64,000 bases of DNA from NCBI GenBank assembly GCA_043228905.1, contig JBHGNT010000005.1, positions 1,054,001-1,118,000 of the forward strand, in the 5' to 3' direction. Below are positions 33,940 through 49,717 of this stretch, in pieces. A program made the translations under genes and the position numbers. Below the pieces are notes generated by a model that made no database searches, was not told where the DNA came from, and was given only the letters and a program-made list of their open reading frames with translations. Position 1 is the first letter of the stretch; each line of letters starts with the position of its first letter. This stretch comes from Azolla caroliniana. Taxonomy: Eukaryota > Plantae > Polypodiophyta.

Positions 33940-36192
33940 TTCTCAACCTTTACCATTTATACATGATTGGCAGCCCTAATCTAAAGTTTATTCCCAAAAA
34001 TCCAAGTTCTATACTATGTTACTCTACAAATACAATAGAAGCTAGATGAATGCATAAGTTTCTAGTCTATTTAGGTCAACTACCTTAAGAAAGGTGTACA
34101 TGTTTGGACTCTCTTGCAAAATGCAATGTAATGTACTAATATAGTCATAAAATCATGTGTTGATAATAAGATTGTTGCACTAGATGGTTGGATTGAAACC
34201 ATGAATGTAAGAGAGTGATTGATTTCATGGCATCCACTTGTTGCACATGTTCACTACAAGCTAACAATCAAACAACTCGAGACATCTTTCTTGCAATTAG
34301 TGGTCGAAACAGGGTGATACATGTAGTGTCCTTAAAACCATAAATGTTTCCTCTTTGAATGTGGGTTTGGAAATTAAACAAAATAATAACGAAAAAAAAC
34401 TTGGAATATGAACATTAAAGCCATTTGGGGTCTTCCAGAGAAAGGGAGAAAGTGATAAAAGATAGGTGGGAATCACCGTTCACCTTCCAAACCACCTTTG
34501 TAGTATAGTTTCACTCACTTTAAAGCTCTAATAGTAGTATTAGGTTTAGGCTTCAAATACTTCAATGCACAAATCAACATTACTATGTAGACATTGAATG
34601 TTGTATGTGTCATGAATCAAGCATGGTAAGCAACATGGCAACTATATTGAATATGTTTAATGCAAAAGTATGGGATACATGAATGTGTTTAATATCAACG
34701 TTGATTAGTCTTCATATGCTTCTATTAGCGAACATTTTTTTCACTTTCCTTCCACACGCAAATATTGGCAATGGATTTCATTTGACAAACACTAATGATA
34801 TGCCTTTCGAGGTTCATATGGTACCTGATTGTCTACAATATTTATATGTTGGATGTATCCATCAATATTTATACAAATTTGTCTTTTATTTGAATCAATG
34901 TGGCATCTTGTTATTTTCATGAACAATGCAATTTCATTATATAAATGCTTCTATAAGAGATGTGATTGACTTAGTTCATTGATTATGATTGGTGATCCAA
35001 ATTATTGAGCATGCTCTACATATTTTAAAACATCGTGTTTGGTTGTAGTAGTGATTTTGTAAAAATAAGTTGGGCGTTTACATGAGTTTAAATTTGTTCT
35101 AACATTTAACCCCTATGTCAAATTAGCTATAACTAAAGATTGAAAATATATCTCTTTTATATAACAGGGTAATCCATGTCCTATGAACAAAGACTCGTCT
35201 AGTTTTGCATATTTTTTATGTAGTTCTTGGATTAGTAGTTTTGAGAAAGGTGATTTAATAGAACATTCCAACTTGGCGTTGCTACCCTATCGGCTTTAGT
35301 ACATAACACCATTGACACCACACTAAATGTTTTCGCAAATTTTACTCAAGTGTAGAAAATATGACATATATAAATAGACAATTTAGCGGATGATCTTACT
35401 ATTTATAGCTCAACATAGACAATCCCCACTCCCAAGTATTCTATACTAAACTACACACTTAGCTAATAAAGCTAGCCATTATTCTACTTAAATTTATATT
35501 AGAGTTTGAGCGAGCAAAGAACTCCCATAGTGTTTGTGCTTTATCAACATATATTTTATATACATAGTGTAGCTACATATGTTTGGTTTCCAAGACAATC
35601 ATATAATCATATGCCTTATGGATTTACCTTGGAATTGAATCATTCAAAATATGTGTATCTTTCCTTTTATGTGGATTTGTCCTTTCATTGCAAAACAAAC
35701 ATGAAAACGTTAAGATATCATTAACATCAAACCAAATTGCACAATATTTTGTTGATTTAAACATGGACACAAGGAGAGGAGAGGAGGCTTCGCAACCTCC
35801 TTTAATATTTGGGTGGGCAAATAATCATCTTTTAATTACATTTTCGAGAAATCATAGAAAATTGATTTCTTTTGAAGATGCATTCAATTAAATCATGGTA
35901 AGCAAATTTGTGTGTCAATGTGTCATCCTCTTCTTGTGATGTTTACATTGAGCACTTGCAATAGTTTACTCATGAACAAGTAGTTGCATACACTTTGCAT
36001 TTTCACCAAAGCCATTGATGGATGGTTTGCACGTATCAAGTATTCCCACACATTCAACTTGTATTTGAAAAGGAAAAATGTGTTTTACATGACCCTTGAT
36101 GAGAGAGTATATATATATAGACAAGTTTACGTGATGGTTTAAGAGTGTCAAAAGTGAGGAATCTTCCCAAGGAGTCTCTTTTAACTATCATC

Positions 36193-37052
36193 ATGGCAAC
36201 GGTGTTTACTGATAAGGTGGAATGCAACGTGTCAGCCAATAGGTTGTGGAAGGCGGCATTCGAAGATGCCCACAACTTCTTGCCAAAAGCTGCCCCAGAA
36301 ATAGTTTCTCGCGTTGAGTATGATGGTGATGGATTCCAAGTAGGTGCAGTGAGAACTATATTCATGAACAAGGGTAAGCTATTCATAATGCATAAACAAT
36401 TAACTATAGTACCAATAAAAATACAATGCATTGAAGTAATCCTTCATATGTATAATTTCCTTGATATACCAATTGCCATGTTGTCGACATGGTTATAGTT
36501 TTATATGCATATTATCTAGTGATGTCAATTATACTCCTTCGTGACATCTTAGGCACAATGTATGTTACATTGTTTTTAATGCTACATAAACACACACACA
36601 CACACACACACATGATGAATGGATGCATACTTCAATGCCATATATGGGTTAAGTGTATAAACATTCTCCACTACAGTTTAACCTATTATGCTTAGCAATT
36701 TGAATGTGTTGATGTAGAATATGCTGAGAAGATATCTAAAGAAAAACATCCTGGGAAAGTAGTGGAGTATGTGAAGGAGAAGATAGAAGAATTGGATAAG
36801 GATGCAAGGAAGCTAAAGACAGAGACACTAGATGGGGGATTCTTAGGCATCCTCATGAAAAGTTATAAAAGTGTTGTGCAAGTTGATGAGATTAGCCCAA
36901 ATAGTTCTGTCATTCATTTGTCTGTTGAGTATGAACCCATCTCCCAACAAGTTGTTGCACATGCCACTCCAGCCCTTCATGACTCCCTCTCACTTGGCTT
37001 CACGAACCTACAATCCTACCTTGTTGCCCACCCAGAACTCTATGCAGACTAA
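36193..37052 (+). CDS. PR-10/Bet v 1 (START-fold) family protein A, 171 aa
   Basis: Exons 36193-36373 and 36718-37052 with a phase-1 intron at the usual PR-10 position. Motifs SANRLWKAAFEDAHNFLPK, YVKEKIEELD, LDGGFLG and YLVAHPELY. Confidence 0.9.
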
Positions 37053-37923
37053 AAAACCTCATCATTAATCAAATTAGAATAATACAATGCCAAAACACAT
37101 GGCATACAATTAAAAAATACTATATTCATAAAGAAAATCATGCTACATGATCCTCACATTATCACATTACCTACCTTAGAATAATTTTATGAATAATAGT
37201 TTAAATAATACCATAACAAGATATGAGGGTTGCTTTCAACAACAATTTTCTACATATTGCCTTCCTCTTTATTGTTTTCGTTAAACATTAAGGGATCATG
37301 AGGTAAAACAACATATGTTAACACTTGGCAACAATGTTATTTTTCTTCTATATAATTGATCTTTCGATATCACATTTGAAGTTCGAAAAATATTGAGGTC
37401 ATAAACTTACAATATAATATTGACCTTTCTCATGTAATTGATCATAATATGAATAATAAGATTGCAATTTGCTTTCTTACATATAAATACATATGCTCTC
37501 TTGGCTTGTTATGATGCTAGCCTATTTACATTTTAGTTTATGTCAAGTGTACCATTCCGGTAATAAAACATTTCACCTTCAACCCATGTCTATATTAAAT
37601 GATGAGAAAAATCGAAGAATGTAAATATCCAGTTTGGTCTTATAATAAATTGATCTTGTGATAATTGTGATAAATGAAAATCTTCACAATTATGCCTGGA
37701 ATTTCTTTTAATTATACATATGTGCCATATATGATCAAAATTACCTTTAACATTTATTGGAACTATGTGTCCCCGTTGAACACCCAAGGAAGAACCAATC
37801 CCACGGGCTACCATGACATGTGGTCTTGTAAAAGTCAATCTATTTGAATTTTGTGCATGAGGAAACCATTCTAGCCATTTGTTACAATTATAAAGTAGCA
37901 CACATTTATAAATTATCAAACTT

Positions 37924-38150
37924 GTTGTCCAAATAGGTGTGCATACAAAGTTAATGAACCACAATTCTACGGGAATGTTAACTTCTATATAGCTAGCATA
38001 CCACACTCTATTCATAATGTATCATTGAAAACTAAATTTTGTTGTCTAAATAGGTTGTGCATACAAAATTAATGAGCCACAATTCTAAGGGAATTGTAAC
38101 ATTTATATAGCTAGCATACCACACTCTAATGTATCATTGAAAACTAAATT
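37924..38150. repeat. Tandem duplication, 2 x ~117 bp
   Basis: 'gttgtcYaaatagg..gcatacaaa..tagctagcataccacactcta..tgtatcattgaaaactaaattt' occurs twice. Confidence 0.8.
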
Positions 38151-38882
38151 TCGTTCCACACTCATGTGGTACCATATAGAGCAAGTATGTGACATGTTTC
38201 AAAAATCGTAGAGATAATATGCAACGAGCTACATAATCCATGCACACCTTATTATCTATATACTAATTGCAAAGAGAAACTATTCTTTAAAATTGATAGC
38301 AATGGCTTCGAGAAATGTGGATAAATGGCAAGTGCCATATATTTAGTTATTACTATTTAGACACATTGAGTCGAGGCCCGATTATTCATCGAACACATGG
38401 ATTGCTTTTAGCATATGAAAGAAGACGACATACCTCAAAATGATGTCACTTACTTACATGTATAAGCGCAAGGTGTAAGATAGACCTTCTGCTCAACCAT
38501 TTTATTTATTGATACTTAAAGAATTGATGATCTATTGATAAACAAATTCTTAAGGAGCTATTCAACTAGACATGGATGATGGAACCTTCATTCAGTTGCA
38601 TTCACTTTTAATGACCGACACATCTCTCTCACACTTGGTTGGTTTCATATTGCAAAAGTTAAATCTTTGACCAAATGTGATATGACAAGATAAAGAGAAC
38701 TTGAGAGAGTCAACATGGTGTAATAAATTTCAACAAAACAAGCAAAGATTTACTTTTTATTCTATGTAATGACACTTCCATCATCAAGAAGACAATGGAT
38801 GATGACACTAGACATTATAATTCTCTTCAAATATGAAGAGGCGGGTGACTTATTTTAGGTCATCTAGTCTCGTTGTACATAA

Positions 38883-39490
38883 TCAATATTCTGGGTGGGA
38901 CAAAAGGAAGGTTTGGATGTCGAGGAAGGTGATGGGGATAGTGTCTTTAAGAGCGAGGGGAACATGAGGTCGGTGCTTCTCTGAGAGAGCCTCGTATTCA
39001 AAGGTCCAATGGACGGAGCAAGAGGTAGGCCCAGTCTCTTTGATGTGAAAGGTAGCATTGTAGCGCTTGACGAGGATGCCGAGGAAGCCACCTTCAATGA
39101 ACTCAACCTTGAGGGTCCAAGCACTTGGATCGAGTTCAACAAGTTTCTCCTTTACAAAGAGCACAAGGTGGTTCGAGTGCTTCTCTTTGGAAACCTTCTC
39201 AGCATAGCCTAATAAAGGGGGAGCACACATGCAAATGTTAGATGAAGTATTAAGGAGTAAGGAAGTGATAAATCAATGCATATGTACATACTCTTATGGA
39301 AATGGACGGTGCGGACAGATCCCGGCTGAAAGGAGGAACCCTCGCTATATTCAACCCTCTCCACAACATGGGGGACAACCTTGGGTAGTGCGATATGGGC
39401 ATCTTCGAATGCGGCCTTCCACACCCGTTGGATGGAAACCGATTTCAACTCCACACTATCACTAAACACCTCCACACTACTAGCTGCCAT
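38883..39490 (-). CDS. PR-10/Bet v 1 family protein B, 174 aa
   Basis: Exons 39292-39490 and 38883-39208 with a phase-1 intron. Motifs RVWKAAFEDAHIALPK, FVKEKLVELD, IEGGFLG and FLLSHPEY. Confidence 0.9.
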
Positions 39491-40718
39491 TTCTCTTGAT
39501 TATTTTAACTAGTATTAGTGCAAGAATTCTCTACGGTGATTATAATGTATTTGTGGTTTGGTGCTATGTGAAGCTCCTCCTCTTCCTATTTATAAGTTGA
39601 TGTGCCACTCCAAATTCAAGTCTTTTGGAACCTTCTATAAGGTCCAAAGAGCCTGCTAAAGTTGACTCGTCTTTTGTTCTAGAAAGGTTGAAAGGAATAT
39701 GCACACAAAGGAGTATCTCTAGATCATCTCCTATGTAAGGGAAACCGATCAAAATGTTCCCTAGTGAGAATAAATGACACGAGACTAGATTGCACATTGG
39801 TTGCACAATTTGCTCAACTTTATTCTTTTAACGCAAACCTTGGCGATCTAGAGCAATCAATGACTATATGAAGTTTTGATTATAGACTTGTGTGTACTTT
39901 GTTTGGTGCATGCACATGAACTACTTTAGGAAGAGCACGAGTAAAAGCCTTTAACATTGTAAGAATAAAGGTTTGGAATTTACCACTATGATAATAATCC
40001 AAGGAATTACATTTTATCTCATTTTTCACATGTGGAATTTATTCCTCTCTATTTTTACTAACATTAAGAAAGAATTCACACAATATTGCTCTCGATTATA
40101 CTCTCACATATTGCTTTTACTATCTGACTTGCCCTCTTTTTTTAAAGGACTACACAATCTTGTGCTTAGTTACATTCACCTATTTCAATATAATTACAAC
40201 TTGGAAGTCTGCAGCATAAACTCGTTATTAATACTAAGGGGAGGGGCCCATTATCTCTCCCATGATTTGGACTATTAATTTTGCACAATGAGTAAAATAG
40301 CAAATTAAGGTTATATCGTTTAGACTAATTAATTAGCAATAATAATTCATAATATCTTTGAGTCAAATCAATCTTCTCCTAATTGCACTCTAACTAGAAG
40401 GGCCTCACACTCTATATAAGCATTAGATGACAACAATTCCCCACTCGCGAAAATATATGTTGCTCTCGTGACTATTTTTATAATTAACAATGGATAATTT
40501 GATCCATACAAACGAGTCGATGTCATGTTTTTCTTTAAAGAATGCATTCATGGATAACTAGTGATGCATGCAATCGGTAGATATAGGGAAGCAAACCTTA
40601 AAAGAGGACAAAAACTATAGTTATTTTCTTTGATAAAGTGACCCAGACTTTCACTTTCAATGTTTAAGAGTTTTCCCATGTTGATTGAAAGAGGAAACAG
40701 AATATACGTTCTACTAAA

Positions 40719-40840
40719 TGGTCCTTATCTGATTAACTAGTTTCTCATCATCTTAATCTGCTCCAACAACATTGTGGTATGGTCCTTATCTAATTAACTA
40801 GTTTCTCGTCATCTTAATATGCTCCAACAACTTTGTGGTA
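40719..40840. repeat. Tandem duplication, 2 x ~61 bp
   Basis: 'tggtccttatctRattaactagtttctcRtcatcttaatNtgctccaacaacNttgtggta' occurs twice. Confidence 0.8.
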
Positions 40841-42134
40841 CTGGTAGTTATATTTATGATGGATCCTCACATCCTACACCTTCCAAGAGTCAAAACAACT
40901 TGATGTTAATTTGTACTTCACCATCATCCTCTTGCATTGATAGTAGATTGCAGGAGTATGTGTGTGCCAAGACAAAACCATCCAAATTCGGAATCGAGAG
41001 ATACATACAAAGCAAGATATATATCTTACAATCAATGCAAAGATTTAGACCGATGAGATTGAAGCATTAAATTGTGGAGCTTTAAGTGACTACAATTCTT
41101 GAATCTATTTTAAATGTTAAATGGAAATCACATGATTTGATTACAAGAGATTGTAGGAGGACAATAACGAGAGAAAAGGCAGCTCACAACACTTTATAAT
41201 TTAGTAGCCCTTGTTTAAACCAAAAGCAGGAAAAGGAAATGAATAAATAAAGATGAATCTCATAGAGTTGAGGAGAATTGTTAGCTGCAATGAACCCTTG
41301 AAGTAGATTGAAAATCTAGAAGAAAACTAATTGAAGATTGTGGAGATCCATTGTAGACCATAGACCCTTGGCTGTTAGGAAATCCCCCTGGACTAGTTAC
41401 TTTGGGAAAATGAATGAATATCAGGAAAACAAAATGCAGAAAGACCTCAGGAAGCATAATGTGTTAAGACAACAGCTTTTTAAGCTTTGTTTTACTATTT
41501 GATCTTTGAGTAGAGAACTATGTGGCTATGAAAAGGAGAACCAGAGCACTTCTGCGTTCATTTTTGAATCACCAAAGTATAGCACCTCAAGAACCTTGGG
41601 GGTGCACAACATTGTTATGTTGGCATAAGCAACCATGATAGCAAACAAGAGTGTTATGTTCAAGTAAATGAACATCTATGCAAACAAGTGTGTGCATGAT
41701 AATGCCACATAGATGAAGGTGCATAAATTCATGTTTATCCTTGAATACAGGTTCTATCAGTACCTGTATCTAATGTGGAGATTCTCACCTAGCTTCTTAC
41801 TTGGAAATAATCATAGAAAACACTTTATAGAAATCACAATCACTACGAAATCATGAAATCACACTAAACATTTCTAGATTATACATGATTAGTTTATAAT
41901 AATGCTTTCAAGTAATCTCAATTGTACAAGTAGATTAGATTATATTGATGCCTTCAATTAATCTCCCATTCCTTCTCTCTACAACACACTCTTCTCAAGG
42001 TCCCATTTCTTCTCTCTACAACACACTCTTCTCAAGGTGCTAGCCTTGGTTTCTACCTACACAACATTGCAATAAGCAAAATATGTTTTTTTTTATCTAC
42101 CATGAGCAGTAAAATCTGATGAAGCGATTACTCA

Positions 42135-44157
<2,023 letters not shown>

Positions 44158-44855
44158 ATCTGATACCACTCTCTTGTAGAGAAGGTCAGACTAACCTAAT
44201 TCCATGAATAGATATCATTTAATCATCAAACGGAAAAGAAGACCCCTAGTGTGGCACTTGTCTGCTGATGTACCAAATTATAATTGAAGAGGAAAACTAA
44301 AGAGAAACAAACCCTCAAAAAAGAAGAAAAACAAATCATTGGTATGGAAATGCACTAGCCAATCCTAAAACATTAATGAGGTGAGACATCAGATTAAACT
44401 CTACATTAATTTATGCACAAGCATATAATCAAAGAGAAACTCGAGAAGGGTAAACAAAAACCCCAAAACTACCCAAGAGGGGAGAAAAAGACCCTTAATG
44501 CGGTAATGCCCCAGTGAATTCAAGCAATATTCTCAGATAAATCCAAGATTTTACCCAATAAGAGAGGAAAAGAAGACTCTTACTAAAATAAACCCTACAA
44601 GATATTAAGCTACAAAAAAGATATTTAAATGCATAAACAGACCATTACAATAATACAATAAGACACCCACCCCCCCAAAAAAAAACTGCAAATCTCTAAA
44701 AAGAAACAGAAAAAGCCCTAAAAATACAAGCCTGAGGGAGAAGCCCTGTAAAACCCTAGAAGGGGGGGGGGAGAGAGAGACTTACTTGTGGAGCTGGGAA
44801 GAAGCTTCTTTAGGTTTAAGTTGGAAAGGGCGGTGCTGTCTGTCTAAGTGTATAG

Positions 44856-44889
<34 letters not shown>

Positions 44890-44933
44890 TTTGTGTATAT
44901 AAATAAGAAGAAGAAGAAAAAATCAGCAGCACA

Positions 44934-44997
44934 GGATAAGATTACAGTGTTGAGTTCCATTTGCCACGTGTCGCCACGTGTTGCCCTTTGTCCAATC
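44934..44997. promoter_or_regulatory. Light-responsive module of the POR promoter: I-box, tandem G-boxes, CCAAT
   Basis: GGATAAG at ~44934, GCCACGTG at 44963 and 44973, and CCAAT at ~44992, just upstream of TATA-like TATATA and the putative first exon. Confidence 0.6.
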
Positions 44998-47314
44998 ATC
45001 TTCCTCCTACCAAGACTTCCTGATTTCCTTCCCCACACACACGAATATCCTCCCTTCTTGTTGGTGTTGCCAATTGGGATAGATTGTCCCTCCCCCACAC
45101 ACAACTCGGAGGTCACCCGTTGCCCATCTCATGAGTTCCGCCCCCACCAATGTACCCCACCTGATCACGCCTGCTGAACGATCCCACACTATATCCGCCC
45201 GCCCAAAACAGTCAATTGGTCAGACGATTCCTGTCGATCAAATTCATGAAACCGAATCGCCAACAATTCGACGAACTGTAGCATCATGCTCACTCCCAAG
45301 TATGTTACGAGCTTAACCATAACCGTAGTCGTGGCCCGTGGGCTAATTTTGTAAGGATGAAGAGTGAGGATTGAGTTGTGGCAATTGATTAAAATGGACA
45401 AATCCGACAATTCCTTTTCGAACACTACTATTTCTCAATTTTTGGAGAAAAACTCTCTCTACCTTGGTTTGATACTTTACCCTCCTCTTTCTCCTTGTAC
45501 TAGATAGATGCTTGTCTTCCCTACTAAATTTAATTATCCTCATAAGTTTATTGAATAGACTTATGCAAAACAATATGTGACTCCTACAGAAGGCATACGA
45601 GCGCTCATTCAGATTCAATTTTGTAACCTCACTACATGGTTTTATGGTAAATGGGATCCTTATCTTTGGAAGGCCCGCTTGTCATTTGTAGTCTTACTAT
45701 TGATTTATCTTATCTTCTCACACTTTGCATGCTCAAATACCAAAATAATATCTCCCTACTTAGGTTTTTTTTTCATAGTCCTTTAGGTGATATGCCACCT
45801 TGGCTTGTGTACACAAGGGCTTCATCATTGCATTCCCTTGTTTCAACCACAAAGATAGCCCATCCCAAATGCATGGGTACCAAACTAAGTATGTTTTTTG
45901 TTGTTTTTGTATGGTCATTGCTTCCTACATGTAGAGTTTACTCTTGACCTCCTTAGATTTCATGTTGACATTATGACATCTTGATATCTTCAAAAACATG
46001 TGATCAACGTCCAAAAAGTGGCATGGTGGCGTATCATGTGCCACCTTATAATTGTTAAGATCCATTGGTATTTTTAATATGTTTATAACTTTTGGATCGG
46101 GCCCCTACAATGATAGGATATCATTATTCTTGCAATAAAATGTTTACATCTTACCTCACAACCCTTTGTCCAAGATCTCTCTCAATCACCCCTGAAGTTC
46201 ATAGGTCTATAATTCAAATTTTGTCTATCTCATATGTCTCATAGGTCTATGGAATCTATTCATAAAAACAAATACCAAGTCTCATTCACCATAGATATGT
46301 TTTCTTCACAAACCACACCTATAATAACTCCAATCACTCTAAAACAGTTACCTAGGTGCTTTGATTACGCAATAATACCTTGGAAAATTAAATACAACTT
46401 AATTCTATCTTGACTAGAAGCATGATCATCCTACCTCATCTAGGCATCCATTTCTCTCCACCTAGGACTAGCATTCATGTGAACCTCAAGGGCATTCTTA
46501 TATTATATTTGTGTAACGACAATCTTTAAAGAGGCATGAGGGGTACATGAAAGTGCCTAGGTTAGAATGAACCCTGATCAGTTGCCTCATGAGATGCTTA
46601 AACACACATAGCTCCTCTATTATATGACACTTGCCAAAATTGCTTGCCAAAATATATGAGACTAGAAATTTAGAATCTTAGTATTTGTAAAAGTACAACA
46701 AACGACATGTTCAGGGAAAATATAAATAGTTGTTTGCTAGTTAATGTAGTTACTAAACAAATGCATTGTTACTATTCATCTCCTAATCATGGTGCAATCT
46801 TAAACATTACTACTCAAATAATTGAATCATCCATCTAAACCTTTAGAAAGCAAGGAGTACTGCATTTCCATTATGTATATATTAGCATATTGCATACAAA
46901 GCCTGCAATGTTGAAACTTCTATCACGCTATGTAAAATATAAGTAGGAACCCATTTATGGGCACATTATCAACTATCATCAATTACACCATGTGGTTTAA
47001 TTTCGTTTGCAGGAAATAACACCTTTAGTTAGTGTTCTCATATTAAGCAATACCTGTCATGAACTAAAACCTATGCTACTCTAATATGAATGCAAAACAT
47101 ACACAATGCTAATAATCAATCCCATAATAAAACATCAATCACGCATTGATAATGCTCCCCTAGGTGAAAGCCTTCTCTGACTATGATGTGAATTTCAATC
47201 ACACCTATGAACTTTGAAGAAGTCTTTTGACGATAGTGAGAAAGATGAAGGCAATAAGATATCTGTATAATACACGCACACAAAAACATGTATAGAGTTT
47301 CAGGTTTAGGGTTT

Positions 47315-48601
47315 TTACATTGAAGGCCCAAAGTACCTCATTCTGAAGTCACGAGGATAGAGATCCATGGTATAAAAATCTGGCCAATCATATGGCGAAC
47401 CCGTCGTCATCTTCACCATCTTTCTCACTGTAAATCCATGGAAAAGTGCCTCAAAGAGGAGGCTAAAATCTGCTTTACTAACCAGGCCAGCAAACATTTC
47501 ATGGTCAGTCATGTTATGGATTGAAAATGCAATCCCCACCAAAGCACCTTTCCAACTTCGGCGAGGGATCCCAGATAGTTTGTTCCACGCAGTGTGGGCG
47601 CGACTGAGGGCAGATGCAATCGCGACTTGGTTGTCTACATAGAAGCGGTCACCATCACCGCACCAGGGTGGGTCTTGCCCTGAGTCGGGAATTGTGGCCT
47701 CAAATTCTGGGATGCTTGAAAGCAGCTCAAGGAAGAAGGTACGATGGCATGTGCCCCCTTGGAGTTCCTCCGATGGCTCTAGAGCATAGATCTGAATATC
47801 ACCATACAATGCCAACAATGTTTTCTCATTAAATTTGTTCATCTTCATCTTGGTATGCATCCTGAATTCATATACACATAAAAACATACATACATACGTA
47901 AGTACACACACACATACATACGATGTATGTATATGTATATATATACATATGCATACATATGTACGTACATACAATGTATGTATATGTATATATATACATA
48001 CATACATATATATATATGAGTGTGCTTTCTGTAGATGTTTGACCAATATACAAAAACCCACATTTCTTCTCAAACTACAAGGCAAGAGCCTGAATTTCTT
48101 AAAATTTTCTTGTTCTTGTTCTCATATACCCTAATTCTTACTATGGGTGCACGTGTTCTTCAAGAAGAGTGAAACCCAAATGCAACGTGCATTCCTTCTC
48201 AAACAAGACTTCAGGAAAAACAAACCAATACATTGAGAGCCTTCATTTTCTTCACATTCCTCTTCTAAATTGATAAATAAAAGATACAGATGTCCACAAA
48301 CTGGTCTCAAAAAGCAGGGACACTGTGTTAACAAACATATAGAAAGCAGCAGTAGAAGTAGTACCTGTTCTTCTTCGTCTTCATCGAGCTCTATCGGGTA
48401 TCGACCAATTCGAACGATGTGAGTGTGGGCTGTTGGTGTAGAAGGAGATAAGAAAGGGATCCTTTGGTGAAGAGGAAGATGAAGCAGATTAGGTCTGAGC
48501 CCATGGTGACACAGAGCATGTCTCCAAGGATATGGAGTCAAATTCAGAGCCAGAACCTGAGTGTTCATCATCGGTATGCTCGGGCACAACATATCTATCA
48601 T
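47315..48601 (-). CDS. Hypothetical two-exon protein (~237 aa), no recognised family
   Basis: Exon 47315-47791 (TTCAG|ATC TAT..., 158 aa of globular-looking composition) joins in phase 0 to exon 48365-48601 (..EDEEEQ|GTAC). The 5' end is uncertain. Confidence 0.5.
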
Positions 48602-48689
48602 CTCCCGCTCTCTCTCTCTCTCTCGATAAATATACATATATACACAGATATGTATATGATATAGGAAGGAAAGCATAAGTTTTGCCTAA

Positions 48690-48845
48690 CAATCGGCAAC
48701 GGTTCGGTTCGGTTTGAGAGGGTCAAAACCGAAACTGTTTGGTACCGAACCCTTTAAAAAAAAATTAACCTGAAGCGAACCGAACCACGAAACCGTTAAA
48801 CCGCGGTTTCGTGGTTCGATTTCGGTTTTCAACTTAAGCCAACGG
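48690..48845. mobile_element. DNA-transposon end-like patch rich in AACCG/CGGTT repeats
   Basis: About ten AACCG(A)/TCGGTT motifs in both orientations, typical of hAT subterminal regions. A similar decayed patch lies at ~30655-30780. No TSD was found. Confidence 0.4.
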
Positions 48846-49645
48846 ACATACAAGAGGACCCAGTTATAGTTAAAGTTAATTCTTAAGTTGTCTCTAGATA
48901 CAATACAAAATGAAGAGAGATTGTTGTGTGTCATGTGTAATTATATTTAAGACATGTATGTTACGCATGGTTTCATGTGAATGGAAGTGGAAAGCATGAT
49001 GGCAAATTCGGAGAACTTGATTCCGTGCATGCACATTGATCAATCTTGACAATATCGATTAGCCAAAGCTTTAATGTACTTGTTAAATCCTCGTGTACTT
49101 CAAGGTTAATCCATGCATGCACATAGGTAAATCCTAGCAATATCGGTTACTCAAAGCTTCCAAGAAAAGTTGGGTAGCGAAAGTTGTGAAGCACTTGCCA
49201 AATACTCGTGTACATTGGAACCAATTCCATCATTCGCCCTTGGAACATTGAAGGGCATCCACTTGGATCGTATGCATGCATACATACACACTCATTGCAA
49301 TCAAGATGCAAAGCTACTCGCTAAACCATTTAAAGCTCAAATTTACCTCTTTGCCATTTCGCCAAGATGTTCACCGCTTAAAGTTCAATTTAAATTACTT
49401 TATCTCATCGTTCTCTTCAACGAAAAAGGAAAAGAACAACCCGACATAAATATGAGGAACTTTGTTCCTCTGGCAATCATGTAAATGTGAATCTGTATTA
49501 TCTAGATTTTTTTGGGATTAAAAACCAAAATAAAGTCAAGAAACAAAGTTAGCATATTGCCAACGTTGACAAAAAGAGATCATTAAAGATCATAGATAAA
49601 GAAATTTAACATAAAATGATTTTTCGCACTAAAAAAGAGCATATC

Positions 49646-49717
49646 TATCAGAGCGAGGTTTCGATCCTCGGACCTGTGGGTTATGGGCCCACCACGCTTC
49701 CGCTGCGCCACTCTGAT
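49646..49717 (-). tRNA. tRNA-iMet: Initiator tRNA-Met (CAT)
   Basis: ATCAGAGTGGCGCAGCGGAAGCGTGGTGGGCCCATAACCCACAGGTCCGAGGATCGAAACCTCGCTCTGATA: A1-U72 pair, GATCGAAA T-loop of eukaryotic initiators, upstream CAA and AT-rich box, downstream T6 terminator (49631-49636). Confidence 0.97.

Noticed and set aside
47835-48085. Tyr/Ile/Cys/His-rich ORFs
   Set aside because: Translations of (TA)n/(CATA)n/(CA)n microsatellites in an intron.
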